Virus record (IMG/VR): IMGVR_UViG_3300037420_001273
Strand: one strand, 5' to 3'
DNA from: a virus
Length of the DNA stretch: 64,000 nucleotides
The notes under the pieces are model-generated. The model was not told where the DNA came from. It saw only the letters and a list, made by a program, of their open reading frames with translations, and made no database searches. Shown here piece after piece: positions 33,342-43,095 of this stretch; within the stretch, counting starts at the first letter, position 1, and each line of letters begins with the position of its first letter. The position numbers and the translations under genes are program-made.

Positions 33342-33595
33342 TCGACTTCAAGCAGATCGACAAGCAGGGTCACTTCTTCGCAGGCGGCTGCATCGCGTCG
33401 GCTGTCGCCGCAGTGGCGGTGCCGCACCTTAACCGCGTCGGCTTCGTGCTGGCGTTTTTCGCCGCCGCCATCGTCGGCGTGTGCAAGGAGCTATGGGACG
33501 GGCACCACACAGGGCATGTCAAGGACTGGGACGACGCACGAGCCACCGCGCTGGGCGCACTCGTGATGACGGCCTGGCTGTTCGCCTGGAGCTGA
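33338..33595 (+). CDS. small membrane protein (about 3 TM)
   Basis: Track ORF, 85 aa. Confidence 0.5.
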   Translation: MIDFKQIDKQGHFFAGGCIASAVAAVAVPHLNRVGFVLAFFAAAIVGVCKELWDGHHTGHVKDWDDARATALGALVMTAWLFAWS

Positions 33596-33600
33596 TCGAC

Positions 33601-34110
33601 GTGGCAATTTCGAAAGCTGCAAAAGCCGCGTACGACCGCGAATACCGCGCTCGTAACAAGGAGCGCATCGCAGCGCGGAAGGCTGCTTACGTCGCACAAC
33701 ACAAGGAACAAGAGGCCGCTCGCGTGCGTGCGTGGATAGAAACGAACCCCGAGCGGGCGAAGGAAATCAAGAGTCGTTGCCGCGAAAAACGCGCAGAGCA
33801 AGAGCGTGCGTACCAAAGACACGTAGCCCCAAAGAAGGCTGAGTACATGCGGCAATACCGCAAACAGAAGCCGCACGTTTGGAAGAAGGAAACCGCGCAA
33901 CGGCGACGCAGTCTCGGCGCTGCAACACCGCCGTGGGCAGACCGACGCGCACTGGATGCCATTTGGCGCGCCGCACGCAGCGCGGGGTTGCATGTAGACC
34001 ACATAGTCCCGTTGCGAGGGAAGTTTGTTTGTGGCTTGAACGTTCCGTGGAATCTGCAGTTGCTGGACCCCAAGGCGAACCGACAGAAAGGAAATCGCCA
34101 TGCCTATTGA
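33601..34110 (+). CDS. HNH endonuclease
   Basis: LHVDHIVPLRGKFVCGLNVPWNLQLLDPKANRQKGN. GTG 33601 chosen as the start. Sits between terminase and portal. Confidence 0.75.
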   Translation: MAISKAAKAAYDREYRARNKERIAARKAAYVAQHKEQEAARVRAWIETNPERAKEIKSRCREKRAEQERAYQRHVAPKKAEYMRQYRKQKPHVWKKETAQRRRSLGAATPPWADRRALDAIWRAARSAGLHVDHIVPLRGKFVCGLNVPWNLQLLDPKANRQKGNRHAY

Positions 34111-36238
34111 TACCGTCGCAGCGACCAAGGTCTGGAATCGTTATGCCTGGACGCGCGACAACGGTCACACGGACTTCGTCCTGAAGGCCGACAAGTGCGA
34201 GAAGTTCTTCGCCGGCGAGCAGTGGGACCCGGCGGACCTGGTCAAGCTGCGCGCGTCGCGCCGGCCTGCGCTCACGATCAACAAGATCCTGTCGACCCTG
34301 GCCAACGTCATGGGCGAGCAGATCTACAACCGCTCGGAGATCGCGTTCCGGCCGCGCTCAGGCGCGCCCTCGGAGGTCGCCGAGGCGCTGACGAAGGTCT
34401 TCAAGCAGATCTCGGACAACAACCAGCTGGACTGGAAGCGCTCGGACATGTTCGCCGACGGCTGTATCACCAGCCGCGGCTTCCTGGACGTGCGCCTGGA
34501 CTTCACCGACGCGATGCAGGGCGAGGTCCGCATCGACAAGCTGAACCCGAAGAACGTGATCGTCGACCCTGACGGGGAGGACTACGACCCCGACACGTGG
34601 GCCGACGTGATGATCACGAAGTGGGTCACGGCCGACGACATCGCCGTGCTCTACAACCCCGAGGACGCTGAGCTGCTGCGCAACCGCGAGCAGAGCTATT
34701 TCCCCTACGGCTACGACTCGATCCAGGCCAACCGCGACCGCTTCGGCAACCGCCTGAACCCGATGTACAACGGGGTGTACGACGAGTCGAGCGTGATGCG
34801 CAACATCCGCGTGATCGAGCGCCAGTACCGCGTGCTCGACCGCCAGATGCACTTCATGTCGCCCGAGACCGGGGACATGCGGCCGATTCCGAAGGAGTTC
34901 GACCGCAACAAGATCGCCTGGTTCGTCGACAAGTTCGGCTTCCAGGTCGTGCCGAAGCTGGTGCGCCGCATCAAGTGGTGCGTCGTGGCTGACAACGTGC
35001 TGCTGCACGAGGACTGGAGCCCGTACAAGCACTTCACCGTCGTGCCGTTCTTCCCGTACTTCCGGCACGGGAACACGATCGGCCTGGTCGAGAACCTGCT
35101 CGGGCCGCAGGAGCTGCTGAACAAGGTCTCCAGCCAGGAGCTGCACGTGGTCAACACCACGGCGAACTCAGGCTGGAAGATCAAGGCCGGCGCGCTGCTC
35201 AACATGAGCATCGAGGAGCTCGAGCAGCGTGGCGCCGAGAGCGGCCTGGTGGTCGAGATCAACGGCGACCCGGAGAAGGACGCCGTCAAGATCCAGCCGA
35301 ACCAGGTCCCGCAGGGGCTGGATCGCGTCAGCTACAAGGCCGAGGAGCACATCAAGACGATCTCCGGCGTGCCTGACAGCGTGCAGGGCTTCGACCGTGA
35401 GGACGTCGCCGCGAAGGCGATCCAGGCCAAGCGCCAGGCCGCGGCCACGAACATGGCCAAGCCGCTGGACAGCCTGACGCGCTCGGACTTCATTCTCGCG
35501 CGCAACGTGCTCGACCTGGTGCAGGAGTTCTACACCGAGCCGCGCCTGCTCACGATCACGAAGGACCGCATCACCGGCGAGACCGAGACGTTCGGCATCA
35601 ACCAGCCCACCGCCGAGGGTGAGATCGTCAACGACCTGACGCTCGGCGAGTACGACGTGGTCATCAGCTCGGTGCCGCAGCGCGAGACGCTGGAGGACAG
35701 CCAGTTCGACCAGGCCGTGGCGCTGAAGGAGCTCGGGGTCGCGATTCCCGACAGCGTGCTCATCGAGAACAGCCGCCTGATGCGCAAGAGCGACATCCTC
35801 AAGCAGATGCAGGGTGACGCCGAGTCGCCCGAGGCGCAGATGCAGAAGCAGCTGCAGATGCGTGCGCAGGCCGCTGAGGTCAGCAAGCTCGAGGGCGAGG
35901 CCGCGGCGAAGCACGCCGACGCCGGCCTGCGCCAGGCCAAGACCCAGGAGACGATGGTCAAGGCGCACAAGGAGGCGGTCACGCCCCCTGAGGACAACGG
36001 CATCCACGTGAAGATGATGGAGGCCGAGGCCGACATGGAGCTCGAGGACCGCAAGTTCGAGCACCAGAAGGCCCTGGACTACGCCGAGCTGCAGCACAAG
36101 ATGCGCCTCGAGAAAGCCCAGGCGGAGCAGGACGCGCAGCTCAAGGCCGAGCAGGCCGCCACTGAGCGCCAGATCCGCATCCAGCAAGCGGCGCAGCAAG
36201 CGTCGAATCCGAAGCAACCCAGCAAGCAAGGAGCGTGA
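34100..36238 (+). CDS. portal protein
   Basis: 712 aa. Position is right (after terminase, before scaffold). N-terminal FFAGEQWDP...RRPALTINKI pattern; Lys/Glu/Gln-rich C-terminal tail. Confidence 0.75.
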   Translation: MPIDTVAATKVWNRYAWTRDNGHTDFVLKADKCEKFFAGEQWDPADLVKLRASRRPALTINKILSTLANVMGEQIYNRSEIAFRPRSGAPSEVAEALTKVFKQISDNNQLDWKRSDMFADGCITSRGFLDVRLDFTDAMQGEVRIDKLNPKNVIVDPDGEDYDPDTWADVMITKWVTADDIAVLYNPEDAELLRNREQSYFPYGYDSIQANRDRFGNRLNPMYNGVYDESSVMRNIRVIERQYRVLDRQMHFMSPETGDMRPIPKEFDRNKIAWFVDKFGFQVVPKLVRRIKWCVVADNVLLHEDWSPYKHFTVVPFFPYFRHGNTIGLVENLLGPQELLNKVSSQELHVVNTTANSGWKIKAGALLNMSIEELEQRGAESGLVVEINGDPEKDAVKIQPNQVPQGLDRVSYKAEEHIKTISGVPDSVQGFDREDVAAKAIQAKRQAAATNMAKPLDSLTRSDFILARNVLDLVQEFYTEPRLLTITKDRITGETETFGINQPTAEGEIVNDLTLGEYDVVISSVPQRETLEDSQFDQAVALKELGVAIPDSVLIENSRLMRKSDILKQMQGDAESPEAQMQKQLQMRAQAAEVSKLEGEAAAKHADAGLRQAKTQETMVKAHKEAVTPPEDNGIHVKMMEAEADMELEDRKFEHQKALDYAELQHKMRLEKAQAEQDAQLKAEQAATERQIRIQQAAQQASNPKQPSKQGA

Positions 36239-37263
36239 ACATGAGCATGTTGCTCAAGAAACTGCTGCACCCGTACCTCATGGCACCGGCCGACGACGGC
36301 GGCTCCGGCGGCGGTGCAGTCGACCGCGGCGACGACTTCACGCCCACCGAGGACGACGACACCCCGGACCCGCAGAAGGCTGAGGCCACCGACGAGGACA
36401 AGAAGAAGGTCGGCGTCAGCGACGAGCTCGACGAGGAAGAAGAGCCCAAGAGCGAAGAGGAAGAAGAGCAGAAGGACGAGAAGAAGGACAAGAAGAAGGA
36501 CTCGCGCATGCCGCTGGCGCGGCACAAGGAGATCCTCGAGCGCGAGCGCGCGCAGCGCAAGGCACTCGAGGACGAGCTGGCTCGCTTCAAGCAGGGCGAC
36601 AAGATCGCCGCGACGAACGAGGAGATCACCAAGGCGGAGAACAACCTCCTGGCCTTGGAGAAGGAGTACCACAAGCTGATCGCCGACGGCGAGTCGGACA
36701 AGGCCGTCGACAAGATGGGCGAGATCCGCCGCCTGGAGCGTGCGATCCAGGACAAGCGCACCGAGATGCTCACGCAGGCCGCCGAGACGCGCGCCGCCGA
36801 GCGCGTGCGCTACGACCTGACGCTCGAGCGTCTCGAGGAGGCGTACCCGACGATCAACGAGGACTCGGACGACTTCGACCAGGGGGTCGCCGACGAGGTG
36901 ATCGACGTCAAGCTCGCGTTCCAGGCCCGCGGCTACCCGGCCAGCCAGGCGCTGCAGCGCGCGGTGAAGTACGTGCTCGGCGAGCCGAAGAACCGCGCCC
37001 AGGAGCGCGCGGTGAACTCCGAGGCGCGCGTCGACAAGGAGGACGTGGCCAAGAAGGTCGCCGAGGAGCGCGCCGCCGCTGCGCGCAAGAAAGCTGCCGA
37101 CACCGCCGGCAAGCAGCCTCCGAGCACGGCGAAGATCGGGCAGGACAGCGACAAGTCCGGCGGCGGCATTAACGCGCGTGACGTGATGAAGATGAGCCAG
37201 GACGACTTCTCGAAGCTCGACGAGGCGACCCTGGCCAAGCTGCGCGGCGACGAGCTCGTCTGA
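36235..37263 (+). CDS. scaffolding protein (acidic, coiled-coil)
   Basis: 342 aa with EEEEPKSEEEEEQKDEKKDKKKD and long heptad regions. Lies between portal and capsid genes. Confidence 0.6.
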   Translation: MNMSMLLKKLLHPYLMAPADDGGSGGGAVDRGDDFTPTEDDDTPDPQKAEATDEDKKKVGVSDELDEEEEPKSEEEEEQKDEKKDKKKDSRMPLARHKEILERERAQRKALEDELARFKQGDKIAATNEEITKAENNLLALEKEYHKLIADGESDKAVDKMGEIRRLERAIQDKRTEMLTQAAETRAAERVRYDLTLERLEEAYPTINEDSDDFDQGVADEVIDVKLAFQARGYPASQALQRAVKYVLGEPKNRAQERAVNSEARVDKEDVAKKVAEERAAAARKKAADTAGKQPPSTAKIGQDSDKSGGGINARDVMKMSQDDFSKLDEATLAKLRGDELV

Positions 37264-37275
37264 AGGGGGTAGCGC

Positions 37276-37548
37276 ATGCGCCCGTTCGTTGGTCAGAGCG
37301 TCTTGGTCAAGGGGCCGTACAGCAACGGCTCCAGCGTCCACCCGGCTGTCATCACCCGAGTGCACAGCCACAACGACCTCGAGGAGGGGCCGGTCTGCGT
37401 GAACCTGACGGTGTTCTTGGACTGTGCGTCGCCGGTGAGTCACCCGTCGGTGTACCTGTACCGCAACACCGGCGCTGCCCAGGCCGCCCTCGCGCTGGTG
37501 CCTCGGCACTATGCAGCCCCTCACGTAGCGTATCTGCCCGAAGAATGA
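37276..37548 (+). CDS. hypothetical protein
   Basis: Track ORF, 90 aa. Confidence 0.5.
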   Translation: MRPFVGQSVLVKGPYSNGSSVHPAVITRVHSHNDLEEGPVCVNLTVFLDCASPVSHPSVYLYRNTGAAQAALALVPRHYAAPHVAYLPEE

Positions 37549-37841
37549 GCGCCTGGCGTGTTCTCGTGCGCCGGCTGTACGAGCTTGGTGGCGAGGGCAC
37601 GCGCGATCAGTTCGACGACTTCTCCATGTCGGCCGGCAGCAGCAACTGGGCGGTCGAGCGTGCGAAAGCGCTGGGGTTGATCGAGCTCGTCGACAAGCGC
37701 CGGCAACGACCGCGGTGGCGCCTTACTGAGCTCGGGCGCCGGTACTGTGAAGGCGAAGCCGAGCTCCGGCACGCACCACGCATAACCGGCGGGAAAGCCG
37801 CCGACTACATCGCAGCGAGTTGGTTGTCATGTCTGAAATGA
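37545..37841 (+). CDS. winged-helix-like protein inside head module
   Basis: 98 aa (…AVERAKALGLIELVDKRRQRPRWRLTELGRRY…). Confidence 0.45.
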   Translation: MSAWRVLVRRLYELGGEGTRDQFDDFSMSAGSSNWAVERAKALGLIELVDKRRQRPRWRLTELGRRYCEGEAELRHAPRITGGKAADYIAASWLSCLK

Positions 37842-38203
37842 ACCGCAGCCAGGAAGACGAGATCCTCCGCCAGGCGAAGGAGATCGAGAAGCGCCGCAGC
37901 GAGGAGTACGCCGCGCAGTCGCGCGAGACCATGCACCGCGTCGAGACCGGCCAGCCGCCGTACACCGACACGGAGCTGATCTACGCCGCCACGGCGCGCT
38001 GCAAGTGCGGCGCCGGCTTCGCGTACCCGCGCGCGCCGTTCCGGAGCGGCATGTGGGTCTGCGCGGCGCTGCTCAAGAGCGGCGACCGTTCGATGCAGGA
38101 GCAATCTAAGCACGACGCGTCGCTGCCGTTCATGTTCTACGAGGTCAAGAGCGAGGACCAGCCGAGCGCATACGGCTGGACGACGCGACCGAAATCGAAG
38201 TAA
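37838..38203 (+). CDS. hypothetical Cys-containing protein
   Basis: 121 aa from ATG 37838 (ATGA overlap): MNRSQEDEILRQAKEIEKRR...ARCKCGAGFAYP... Confidence 0.5.
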   Translation: MNRSQEDEILRQAKEIEKRRSEEYAAQSRETMHRVETGQPPYTDTELIYAATARCKCGAGFAYPRAPFRSGMWVCAALLKSGDRSMQEQSKHDASLPFMFYEVKSEDQPSAYGWTTRPKSK

Positions 38204-38212
38204 GATCGAAAC
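38194..38212. promoter_or_regulatory. ATCGAAG-TAAGATCGAAAC element (11-bp phase)
   Basis: Lies at the stop codon of 37838..38203, before the terminator. Confidence 0.45.
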
Positions 38213-38264
38213 GCCTCGCAAGGGCAGTTGCTTGTCTCCCTCCCCCTCTGGGCACGCCCAGTTC

Positions 38265-38294
38265 AAGAGCCGCTTGTCAAGCGGCTCTTTTTTC
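38265..38294 (+). terminator. rho-independent terminator
   Basis: AAGAGCCGC-TTGTCAA-GCGGCTCTT followed by a T run. Confidence 0.8.
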
Positions 38295-38301
38295 GATTAC
38301 A

Positions 38302-38313
38302 TTTCGATCTAAC
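38302..38313. promoter_or_regulatory. inverted copy TTTCGATCTAAC upstream of the capsid gene
   Basis: Directly after the terminator T run. A second related TCTCTAACTTCGA lies at 38386..38398. Confidence 0.5.
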
Positions 38314-38416
38314 ACGTTCGCAGAGCACGACAGCCTCTGCAACCCTCTCGCCCAGTCGGAGCGACATCTCGACGAAAGGAGCTGTTCTCTAACTTCGACG
38401 AGAGGAGGGGCCTACC

Positions 38417-39529
38417 ATGGCTCTTACCAATTTCGGTCTGTTGACGACGGAGCAGAAAACCGTCTGGTCGATGGACCTGTGGAAGCAAGCTCGCAACCAG
38501 AGCTTCATCAACCGTTTCCTGGGCAAGGGCCCGAACTCGATGGTGCAACACATCACCGAGTTGAAGAAGACCGAGAAGGGCGCTCGCGCGGTCATCACGC
38601 TGCTGGCCGACCTGACCGGTGACGGCGTCGCCGGCGACCGCACGCTGGAAGGCAACGAAGAGGCGATGCAGACCTTCGACCAGGTCATCCGCATCGACCA
38701 GCTGCGTCACGCCAACCGGCACGAAGGTCGCATGGCCGACCAGAAGTCGATCGTCGAGTTCCGCAACAACAGCCGCGATGTGCTCGCGTACTGGCTGGCG
38801 GACCGCATCGACCAGCTGGCGTTCCTGACCCTGTCCGGCGTCTCGTACGCGAACAAGAACACCGGCGTCGCCCGCACGGGTTCGGACCTGCCGTACCTGG
38901 AGTTCGCCGCCGACGTGGCCACGCCGTCGAGCAACCGCCGCCTGCGCTGGGACGCCACCAACGGCGTGCTGGTGTCGAGCGCCGCGACCTCGGGCATCGC
39001 TTCCACCGACCTGCCGCAGTGGGCCACCTTCGTCGCGCTGAAGGCGTACGCGAAGGAGCGCTACATCCGCGGCATCAAGGACGGCAACGGCGAGGAGACC
39101 TTCCACGCGTTCCTGACCCCGCAGGCGATGTCGCGCCTGAAGCTGGACAACAACTACATGCTGAACCTGCGGCACTCGCAAGAGCGCGGCAACAGCAACG
39201 AGCTGTTCACCGGCACCTCGGTCAAGATCGACGGCATCTACCTGCACGAGTTCCGCCACGTGTACAACACGCGCCTCGCGGCGTCGGGTTCGAAGTGGGG
39301 TTCTGGCGGCACGGTCGACGGCTGCCAGATCCTGTTCTGCGGCGCCCAAGCGCTCGGCATGGCCGACATCGGCGCGCCGGAGTGGGTCGAGAAGGGCTTC
39401 GACTACGAGAACCAGCAGGGCATCTCGGTCGGCAAGATCCTCGGCTTCCTGAAGCCGAAGTTCGGCAACATCTACGAGAGCGGCAGCGTCGAAGACTTCG
39501 GCGTGATCAGCTGCTACGTGGCGCAATAA
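38417..39529 (+). CDS. major capsid protein (N4 gp56-like)
   Basis: 370 aa. MALTNFGLLTTEQKTVWSMDLWKQARNQSFINRFLGKGPNSMVQHITELKKTEKGARAV resembles N4-type MCP N-termini as I recall them. Strong SD GAGAGGAGG; bracketed by terminators. Confidence 0.8.
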   Translation: MALTNFGLLTTEQKTVWSMDLWKQARNQSFINRFLGKGPNSMVQHITELKKTEKGARAVITLLADLTGDGVAGDRTLEGNEEAMQTFDQVIRIDQLRHANRHEGRMADQKSIVEFRNNSRDVLAYWLADRIDQLAFLTLSGVSYANKNTGVARTGSDLPYLEFAADVATPSSNRRLRWDATNGVLVSSAATSGIASTDLPQWATFVALKAYAKERYIRGIKDGNGEETFHAFLTPQAMSRLKLDNNYMLNLRHSQERGNSNELFTGTSVKIDGIYLHEFRHVYNTRLAASGSKWGSGGTVDGCQILFCGAQALGMADIGAPEWVEKGFDYENQQGISVGKILGFLKPKFGNIYESGSVEDFGVISCYVAQ

Positions 39530-39541
39530 GGAGGCTGAAAC

Positions 39542-39988
39542 ATGTCTGTCCTGAAAGCCTCGCGCACCGCGCAGTACGCCCTGTGGGCGGAGTTCACCTG
39601 GAACTACAACGACACTGCGGTCGATACCGTCGCCGGTACGTCCAAGACGTTCGGTTCCACGTTCGGCGACAACCTGGTGTTCGACTGCATCCCGCTGCCG
39701 CCGAACGCCACCGTCGTCGGCGGTGAGCTGGTGGTCGAGACGGCGTACGCCGGCCCGACCGCAGCCACGGTGTCGATCGGCGACTCGGTGTCCGCCACCC
39801 GCTACGGCTCGACTGTCGACATGAAGACCGCCGCCCGCACCGCGCTGACCCTCACGGGTTTCCGCGGCGCCGGCGAGAACATCCGCATCACCCAGAACGT
39901 GACGGTCGCCAACGCGACCGCCGGCAAGGTGACGCTGCGGGTGGCCTACGTGGTCCAGAGCCGCGCGCAAGAAACCCAGATCGCCTGA
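39542..39988 (+). CDS. head decoration / capsid accessory protein (putative)
   Basis: 148 aa, beta-rich, immediately after the MCP and before a terminator. Confidence 0.5.
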   Translation: MSVLKASRTAQYALWAEFTWNYNDTAVDTVAGTSKTFGSTFGDNLVFDCIPLPPNATVVGGELVVETAYAGPTAATVSIGDSVSATRYGSTVDMKTAARTALTLTGFRGAGENIRITQNVTVANATAGKVTLRVAYVVQSRAQETQIA

Positions 39989-39995
39989 TCTGGTT

Positions 39996-40021
39996 GACGG
40001 GGGCTTCGGCCCCCGTCTCTT
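39996..40021 (+). terminator. rho-independent terminator
   Basis: GACGGGGGC-TTCG-GCCCCCGTC followed by TCTT. Confidence 0.65.
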
Positions 40022-40039
40022 AACCCCAAGGAGTCGTCG

Positions 40040-40411
40040 ATGAATTTCGTGATGATGCGCGATCGCACGATCGCGTCGGTGCACGGTCACGCCGTGGAGT
40101 TCAAGAAGGGCGTGGCAACGCACGTCCCGCCGGTGATGTACGACGAGGTCATGGCCGCGGGTGCGGTGCCGGAAGAAGAGTTGCCCGAGGAAGAGCCGAA
40201 GGCCAACGACGCCGAGCCGACCGACCCGAGCGAGCGCAAGGCGCTCGTCATGGCCGCGATCGAGCAAATCGCGCTGAAGAATTCGCGCGAGGACTTCACC
40301 GCCTCCGGCGCGCCGCACGGCAAGGCCCTGGCCGCCGTGCTCGGCTTCCGAGTCGACAACAAGGAGCGCGATCTCCTGTGGGCTGAATTCCAGAAGAAGG
40401 GCCAGGAGTGA
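40040..40411 (+). CDS. hypothetical head-associated protein
   Basis: Track ORF, 123 aa; acidic EELPEEEPKANDAEP. Confidence 0.5.
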   Translation: MNFVMMRDRTIASVHGHAVEFKKGVATHVPPVMYDEVMAAGAVPEEELPEEEPKANDAEPTDPSERKALVMAAIEQIALKNSREDFTASGAPHGKALAAVLGFRVDNKERDLLWAEFQKKGQE

Positions 40412-41061
40412 GCCCCGCAGACCTCCTCGACCTGTTCCGCTCGGAGATGTCCGACTGGGCGGAGCCGTTCCTCTGGAGCGACGAGGAGGTCTACGGCTAC
40501 ATCGATGACGCGCAGAAGATGTTCTGCCGTCTGACCGACGGGATCTCCGACGCGACGACCGAGGAGGTCACGCAGCTGCAGGTCGACATCGGCACGACCT
40601 GGCTGGACACGCACCCGTCGATCCTGAAGATCCGCGACTGCTACCGCACCGACACCGGCCGCGGCGTCGACGTGATCAACCGCGAGGACATGGCCACGCG
40701 GCGCATGTTCTTCGACGGCGTGCCTGGCGTGCTGCGCGCGCTCGTCATCGGCATGGAGGCCGACAAGGCGCGTGTGTACCCGGACTCGAGCGAAGCCGTG
40801 ACGCTGCAGCTGACGGTGTTCCGTCTTCCGCTCGCCGACGTCACCGAGTCTTCGCAGACCTTCGAAATCGCACCTGAGCATCACCGGCACCTGCTGGGCT
40901 GGGTCAAGCACCTGGCGTACGACAAGCAGGACGCCGAGACCCAGGACAAGAAGAAGTCGGCTGAGTTCGAGGCGGCGTTCCGCCGCTACTGCACTCAGTC
41001 TACGGATGAAGAGCGGCGCAAGCGTCACAAACCCCGCGCCGTGGCCTACGGCGGTCTATGA
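40408..41061 (+). CDS. head-tail adaptor-like protein
   Basis: 217 aa. The call rests on position and general resemblance only. Confidence 0.45.
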   Translation: MSPADLLDLFRSEMSDWAEPFLWSDEEVYGYIDDAQKMFCRLTDGISDATTEEVTQLQVDIGTTWLDTHPSILKIRDCYRTDTGRGVDVINREDMATRRMFFDGVPGVLRALVIGMEADKARVYPDSSEAVTLQLTVFRLPLADVTESSQTFEIAPEHHRHLLGWVKHLAYDKQDAETQDKKKSAEFEAAFRRYCTQSTDEERRKRHKPRAVAYGGL

Positions 41062-41480
41062 GGACGGAAATGGCAGCAGAAACCGCCGGCGCTGGAACCG
41101 CAGCAGCGATCAAGTACATCGGCCTCCCCGCGATCGCCGGCGCGATGTCCGCCGGCCTGGGCTTCGCCGTGTTGTGGCCGAAGACAGCCAAGGAAGCCGC
41201 TGCGCGCTTCACGACTGCGATCCTCTCGAGCTGCCTGTTTGGCCCATTCGCGATCGCGTCGCTGCACGCGAAGTGGCCTGAGCTCTTCGCCTCAGCTGCG
41301 CAGATGGCTGTGCAGTCCGACATGCCGCCGCTGGTGGGCTGGGTCGCCGTCGTGGCACCGCTGCTCGTGCTGTGCGGCCTGCCCGCCTGGTGGGTGCTCG
41401 GCTGGGTGATGCGCGCGCTCGACAAACGCAAGGACAAGGACCTCGGCGAGATCGTCGACGAGGTGAAAGGGAAGCTCTAA
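41058..41480 (+). CDS. multi-TM membrane protein with charged C-terminus (holin-like)
   Basis: 140 aa. 3-4 hydrophobic segments and a KRKDKDLGEIVDEVKGKL tail. Confidence 0.4.
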   Translation: MRTEMAAETAGAGTAAAIKYIGLPAIAGAMSAGLGFAVLWPKTAKEAAARFTTAILSSCLFGPFAIASLHAKWPELFASAAQMAVQSDMPPLVGWVAVVAPLLVLCGLPAWWVLGWVMRALDKRKDKDLGEIVDEVKGKL

Positions 41481-42080
41481 GTGGCCACTCGCGAAGATCT
41501 GGTCATCGAGCAGGGTCGCACCTTCCACACGGTCGTCCGCTGGGAGGTCGAGCCGCTGGTGTACCGGCCCATCACCGCGATCGCACAGAGTGCGCCGGCG
41601 CGCTTAACGGTGCCCGCGCACGGTGTCGTCGATGGCTGGCGCGTGGCCGTGGTCGACGCGAAGGGCATGACCGAGCTGAACGCCCGCAAGAACCCTCCAG
41701 CGCTGTCCGACTTCCACCGCGTGAACGCCGTCGACTCGAACACGCTCGACCTGCGCAGCGTGAGCTCAGCCAGCTTCAAGCCCTACCGCTCTGGCGGTTA
41801 CATCGCGTACTACACACCGGCTGACCTGACCAGCTACACGGCGCGCATGACGATCAAGAACAAGATCGGCGGCACCGTGTACACGCAGCTCTCTACGACC
41901 GGCGGGACCATCGTGCTCGATCCGACCCTGCGCACGATCACGCTGTCGCTGACTGCTGAGACCACCGCCGCGCTGACCTTCACGAAGGGTGTTTACGACC
42001 TGGAGATGGTGTCGCCCACCGACGTCGTGACAGCGATCCTGTACGGCTCTGTTTCCTTGACCAAAGAGGTGACCACGTGA
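41481..42080 (+). CDS. virion structural protein
   Basis: 199 aa, GTG start, beta-rich. Confidence 0.5.
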   Translation: MATREDLVIEQGRTFHTVVRWEVEPLVYRPITAIAQSAPARLTVPAHGVVDGWRVAVVDAKGMTELNARKNPPALSDFHRVNAVDSNTLDLRSVSSASFKPYRSGGYIAYYTPADLTSYTARMTIKNKIGGTVYTQLSTTGGTIVLDPTLRTITLSLTAETTAALTFTKGVYDLEMVSPTDVVTAILYGSVSLTKEVTT

Positions 42081-42283
42081 GCGACCTGATCTACACCACC
42101 AAAGGCGATTTGCCGATCGACTCGCTCGTCAAGACCGAGACCGTTGTCGACAACGACAACGAGTACACGGTCGCGACGGAATATCGGCTCAAAGACGACC
42201 CGACCGGCGAGGTGGTGCGCCGAGACGTTCACGTGACGCTGAAGCAGGGGCCCGTCCTGTTCGGCGAGCAAGCCACCCTCTGA
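42077..42283 (+). CDS. hypothetical protein
   Basis: Track ORF, 68 aa. Confidence 0.45.
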   Translation: MSDLIYTTKGDLPIDSLVKTETVVDNDNEYTVATEYRLKDDPTGEVVRRDVHVTLKQGPVLFGEQATL

Positions 42284-42293
42284 AGGAGCCACC

Positions 42294-42749
42294 ATGGCCA
42301 ATTCTCAAGCTATCTGCACCTCCTTCAAGGGGGAAATCCTGTCGGGCGTTCATGCGCTCGGCACCACTGTCACGCGCGGCGGCACGACTGCTGACACGGT
42401 CAAAGCGGCGCTGTACCTGGCGACCGGCTCGATCGGCGCTGCCACCACGGCGTACTCGGCGACCAACGAGGTCTCGGGCACCAACTACACCGCCGGCGGC
42501 GTGACCGTCACCAACGGCACCGCGCCGTCGACCTCGGGTACCACGGCGATCTGGACGCCCAGTGCGTCGATCACGTACACGAACGTAACGCTGTCGACGT
42601 CGTTCGACTGCGTGCTGCTCTACAACAGCACCCAATCGAACAAGGCGATCGCCGCGTACATCTTCGGCGCGCAGACGATCACCGCCGGCACCCTGACGCT
42701 CACGATGCCCACGAACGACGCCTCGAACGCGCTGCTCCGTATCGCGTAA
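42294..42749 (+). CDS. small beta-rich virion protein (family also at 52053 and 52586?)
   Basis: 151 aa, Thr/Ser/Ala/Gly-rich. Confidence 0.5.
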   Translation: MANSQAICTSFKGEILSGVHALGTTVTRGGTTADTVKAALYLATGSIGAATTAYSATNEVSGTNYTAGGVTVTNGTAPSTSGTTAIWTPSASITYTNVTLSTSFDCVLLYNSTQSNKAIAAYIFGAQTITAGTLTLTMPTNDASNALLRIA

Positions 42750-42785
42750 TCGAACCTCGAACGACGATCGAAGGAGGTGCCTTAG

Positions 42786-43094
42786 ATGGCTACCAAACTG
42801 AGCGACAGCCAGTCCGTCAGCGCGACCGGCACGTCGAACATTGCTTTCGCAGCGGAGCCCCTCGGCGGCTTCACCGCGCAAGCTTCGCTGGGCACGGCCA
42901 CGTCGGCGACCGTGAAGGTGCAGGTGCGCGTCAACTCGACCAACTGGGTCGATGCCGCCATCTTCAGCCTGAGCTCGGGTGGCACGACCACTGACCTGGT
43001 CAACGTCTGGCCTCCGTACAACCAAGCACGCTGGAACGTGACCGCCGTCGCCGGCGGCACGCTGCTGCTCGACGCCGTCGGCGTGGGGGTCTGA
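42786..43094 (+). CDS. small virion protein
   Basis: Track ORF, 102 aa; SD GAAGGAGG. Confidence 0.5.
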   Translation: MATKLSDSQSVSATGTSNIAFAAEPLGGFTAQASLGTATSATVKVQVRVNSTNWVDAAIFSLSSGGTTTDLVNVWPPYNQARWNVTAVAGGTLLLDAVGVGV

Positions 43095-43095
43095 C

